Below, piece by piece: positions 61,150 to 64,000 of a DNA stretch of 64,000 nucleotides. Numbering within the stretch: position 1 is the stretch's first letter; the number at the start of each line of letters is the position of its first letter. The notes beneath the pieces are model-generated. The model saw nothing but the letters and a program-made list of their open reading frames with translations. It had not been told where the DNA came from and did no database searches. Made by a program: the position numbers and the translations under genes. The DNA is from Podarcis tiliguerta (Eukaryota): assembly GCA_965153285.1 (NCBI GenBank), contig OZ229110.1. One strand, written 5' to 3'.

Positions 61150-62400
61150 AAAACAGCCGTGGCAAAAGCATGCTGGAGAAACCGCGTGGAGACGAACTGC
61201 GAACAGAGAATTCGATTACTGCATGTGAAAATACTTTCAATCAAAAGAAAGGCTCTCAGTTGATCGCAGGCCTACCAAGGTCTGCACAGCCCCACCCCTA
61301 AACACAGGAGCAAGGTTAGCCAAACGCTACGTCACTTCCAAGGAGCTCCCGTTGGAATCTTACCCTCGCGAACCTTTAGCTGGCGCCTCGCGCGAGAATT
61401 GCTAACTCACGCCAGTCTCTTCGGCCGAAAGCGTTCGGTAATTTCCGTCACCGCCAGACTCAACCAGTCGAACGATGAACGAATCGATGCTACAGGGGTC
61501 CTTGTGGGTTCTATGTGGGGGGAAGAGCACGGGATGTGGGCTCGGGGACAGTGTGGCGGTTGCGGCAAAGCACGCCGCCGAGTATTTCTAGGTGGGGGCT
61601 CCGAGGGCCAGCTAGGGGTGCCGAGTTCGATTGTTCTGGCCTGGCCATGGCGCCTCTCCTCCCCCCCGCCATGGCTCCCCGTGTCCCTGCTCCTCTCCTC
61701 TCAGTGAGCGAAAGTGGCCGCCGCCGCCGTCCCAGCGCCCGCAGCCGCCGCCTCCTCAGCAGCAATAGCGCGGCCGCCATCTTGGCGAGGCAGAAGCCGA
61801 GAGGCACCGCGGCAGGGCACAGGCAGCGCCAGCGCAGCGCGGGGCGAGAGGCCGGCGCCAGAGAGCGGGGCGGGCAGCTCGCAAGCCACCCCCGGCCCAA
61901 GCCGGGCCACACACCAGGTAAGACGCTGGGGCTCCCGGGCCGAGGCAGGGGGCAGCGCCGGAGGGACCCGCTAGGCCAGGTTCCGGCTTCCCCCCCGAAC
62001 CCAACCCCTCCTTCCCGCTCCCTCCGCAGCGGCCCCGGCAGCCGGGCCTTCTCTTAAAGCGACAGGCCCTGCCGCTCCTCTGGGGCGGAGGGAAGGGAGA
62101 GCAGGCACACGCGCGCCCCCCACTGCGGAGGGGGCGGGACCCCGGCAACCTCCCCTCGCCCGCAAAACGCTCGCGCGGAAGGAGGGAAGGCGCCCTTGGC
62201 GGGGCCCGTGCCGCCCCTCGGCAGCGTGCGGCGCCGGGGTGAGGGTGTGTCGGTCGCACCCAGCCCACGTGCGCGCCCCGCGCTTTGCATGAAGGCGGCG
62301 GACGAGGAAACGGGAGCTCAGCGTATGCGCTTGACAGCCCCGCCTTAAGCAGCGTCCCGGTTTAGCCTATAGGATTGCCAACCGCACTGCTTCCTATGCG
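61150..62400 (+). promoter_or_regulatory. INO80: CpG-island promoter and non-coding exon 1 (ending 61917) of the next gene, inferred to be INO80
   Basis: Strong CpG island; consensus donor CAG|GTAAGA at 61917/61918; YY1 motif GCCGCCATCTTG at 61773-61784. Gene identity rests on synteny only (CHP1-EXD1-INO80); no INO80 coding exon is in the window. Confidence 0.7.
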
Positions 62401-63040
62401 GTCTGTTAACCATTGGAACGTGCGGTTCGACTCTTTATTCGGTGTTATTTTGGTATGGTTTGTGGGGTTCAGGATCGTGCTTGCAGATTCCAAGACCCCA
62501 GCATACTTGAGCGTCAAGCGTAAAACAGAAAATAAAAGTGCATATCGGTTTCGCAATTTTAATCTGAAAATTTCTGTTCGCATGGATTATGTAGAACACG
62601 TGCTCAAAAGCTGTAAATGACTTACTGGTCACATGGTAAGTGTGATTTGGTAGTTTGATCTGGGATGCATATAGTGCAACCTGATCACACTCCAAAGCGT
62701 TTGGCTGCTGGGCTGTCCTCGGTAACTAGAATGGCAATTATGGAGGGCTGTTGGTTAAGATTGTGCTGTTGCATGTTTAAACTGGAAGGTCTGGCTAGCT
62801 TGTAGCATAACATGATGACTATCACTTCCTTTGCCCCCTGGTTGCAAGCAAACTTACCTTTCACAAGTGTATTTGTGACAGGTCATTATGCCTGTGTTCC
62901 ATATATACTACTAATAGGAGTGAGTGTTTCTGTTATTTAAAAGACTTCAGTACACATCTTAATCTTGACTTCTATGCAATCTCCTGCAAGGTTTCTTGGG
63001 TAGATGTAGTGTTTTGACAGAGGAGAGGTAAATACCAGTA

Positions 63041-63281
63041 CAGTCAAACCACGCTTGTTGAATGGCTCCGTTTTCGAACATTTCGGCTCCCAAGCGCCAA
63101 AAACCCAGAAGTAAATGCTCTGGTTTTTTAATAGCTTTTGGAAGCCAAACGTCCTACGTGGCTTCTGCTTGAGTGCAAGAAGCTCTTGCAACCAATCAGA
63201 AGTCTCGCCTTGGTTGCTGAACATTTCAGAAGCCCATCAGGCTTCTGGAACCGATAATGTTCGACAACCAAGGTTTGACTG
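63041..63281. mobile_element. Tc1/mariner-type MITE
   Basis: TIRs CAGTCAAACC / GGTTTGACTG; TA duplication. Confidence 0.8.
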
Positions 63282-64000
63282 TACTTATTAGTGTACTAAG
63301 GGGTGTGATGGTCTGCTTGTAATTAGACCATCACAGTGTATTATTTCCAAATTTTGGATATAAATTGTTTGATTCAGAGCAGCTAAATTGGTTCCTCTAC
63401 TGCAGGGGTAGCTAATCTGCAGCTCTTTAAATGTTGTTGAACTGCAACTCCCATCATCCTCAGCCATCATGGCCAATGGTCAAGGATAATGGGACATGTA
63501 GTTCAGCAGTATCTGGAGGGCCATTCATAAGTTAGCCACCTCTGCTCTGCTGCATCAAAACCAACATGGGGCTGTTTTGACTGGAGCTTGGTTGTTTTTC
63601 TTCATGCTTTTTAGTGCTCCAGGATTAGAAATGTTATGTTGTTAACATCTTAATTATAGAAGCCAAAAGCAGTCGTTCAACTAGAATATCTTGTACTGCT
63701 ACTTGAAAAATTAGAATGAGAAAGAACATGTGGCATAGGTTAAAACTTATCACTGCTAAACATTTACTTAGTACTTCAGATTTGCAAAGTATACGTTTGC
63801 CTTCAAAACAGTTCTGTAGTTGGTTGCTAGTATTACCATTTCACAGATGAGTAATGGAAATGTATGGCCAGATCCTACCCATCTTTTAACTGAAAGTAAG
63901 CCCCACCAAGTTTAATAAACACCAAAGTAAGTGTTCATAGCAGTATAACTTCAGTATAGTTTTATCCTTTCACATAAGTCTTTGAAAAAGGTGGAACTTA

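Noticed and set aside
61511-61780. Minus-strand ORF MAAALLLLRRRRLRALG..., resembling a mitochondrial targeting peptide in good Kozak context
   Set aside because: The ATG is the core of a YY1 motif, the composition follows from GCC repeats, and I found no downstream exons or homology. Synteny favours a plus-strand gene here.

Overview
Vertebrate genomic DNA from a squamate reptile, probably a lacertid lizard (Sauria SINE, Squam3-like SINE, BovB, CR1, L2 and Penelope repeats). It is syntenic with the human OIP5-AS1/CHP1/EXD1/INO80 block, in reverse orientation. Two complete protein-coding genes were reconstructed exon by exon, with GT-AG sites and consistent phases: CHP1 (minus strand, 7 coding exons, 195 aa, 16556-35105) and EXD1 (plus strand, 11 coding exons, 579 aa, 38570-57978). 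They lie head-to-head on a shared CpG island. The CpG island at about 61150-62400, with a plus-strand splice donor, is inferred from synteny to be the INO80 promoter and non-coding exon 1. The main result, invisible in the ORF track, is a spliced minus-strand lncRNA in 1-12050, the Cyrano (OIP5-AS1) orthologue. It has a CpG-island promoter, three predicted exons, and a long terminal exon with no transposon I can recognise. That exon carries a 26-nt near-perfect miR-7 site (1600-1625) with the architecture of a target-directed miRNA degradation trigger, next to a miR-25/92 8mer with 3'-supplementary pairing. The Cyrano/miR-7 system is known from fish and mammals. The more speculative observations are an RNA hairpin that mimics the miR-7 3' end and could gate the trigger, a 3-codon micro-ORF in exon 1, and a Penelope-derived minimal hammerhead ribozyme in sense orientation in intron 1. 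No searches were run; family names come from recognition.
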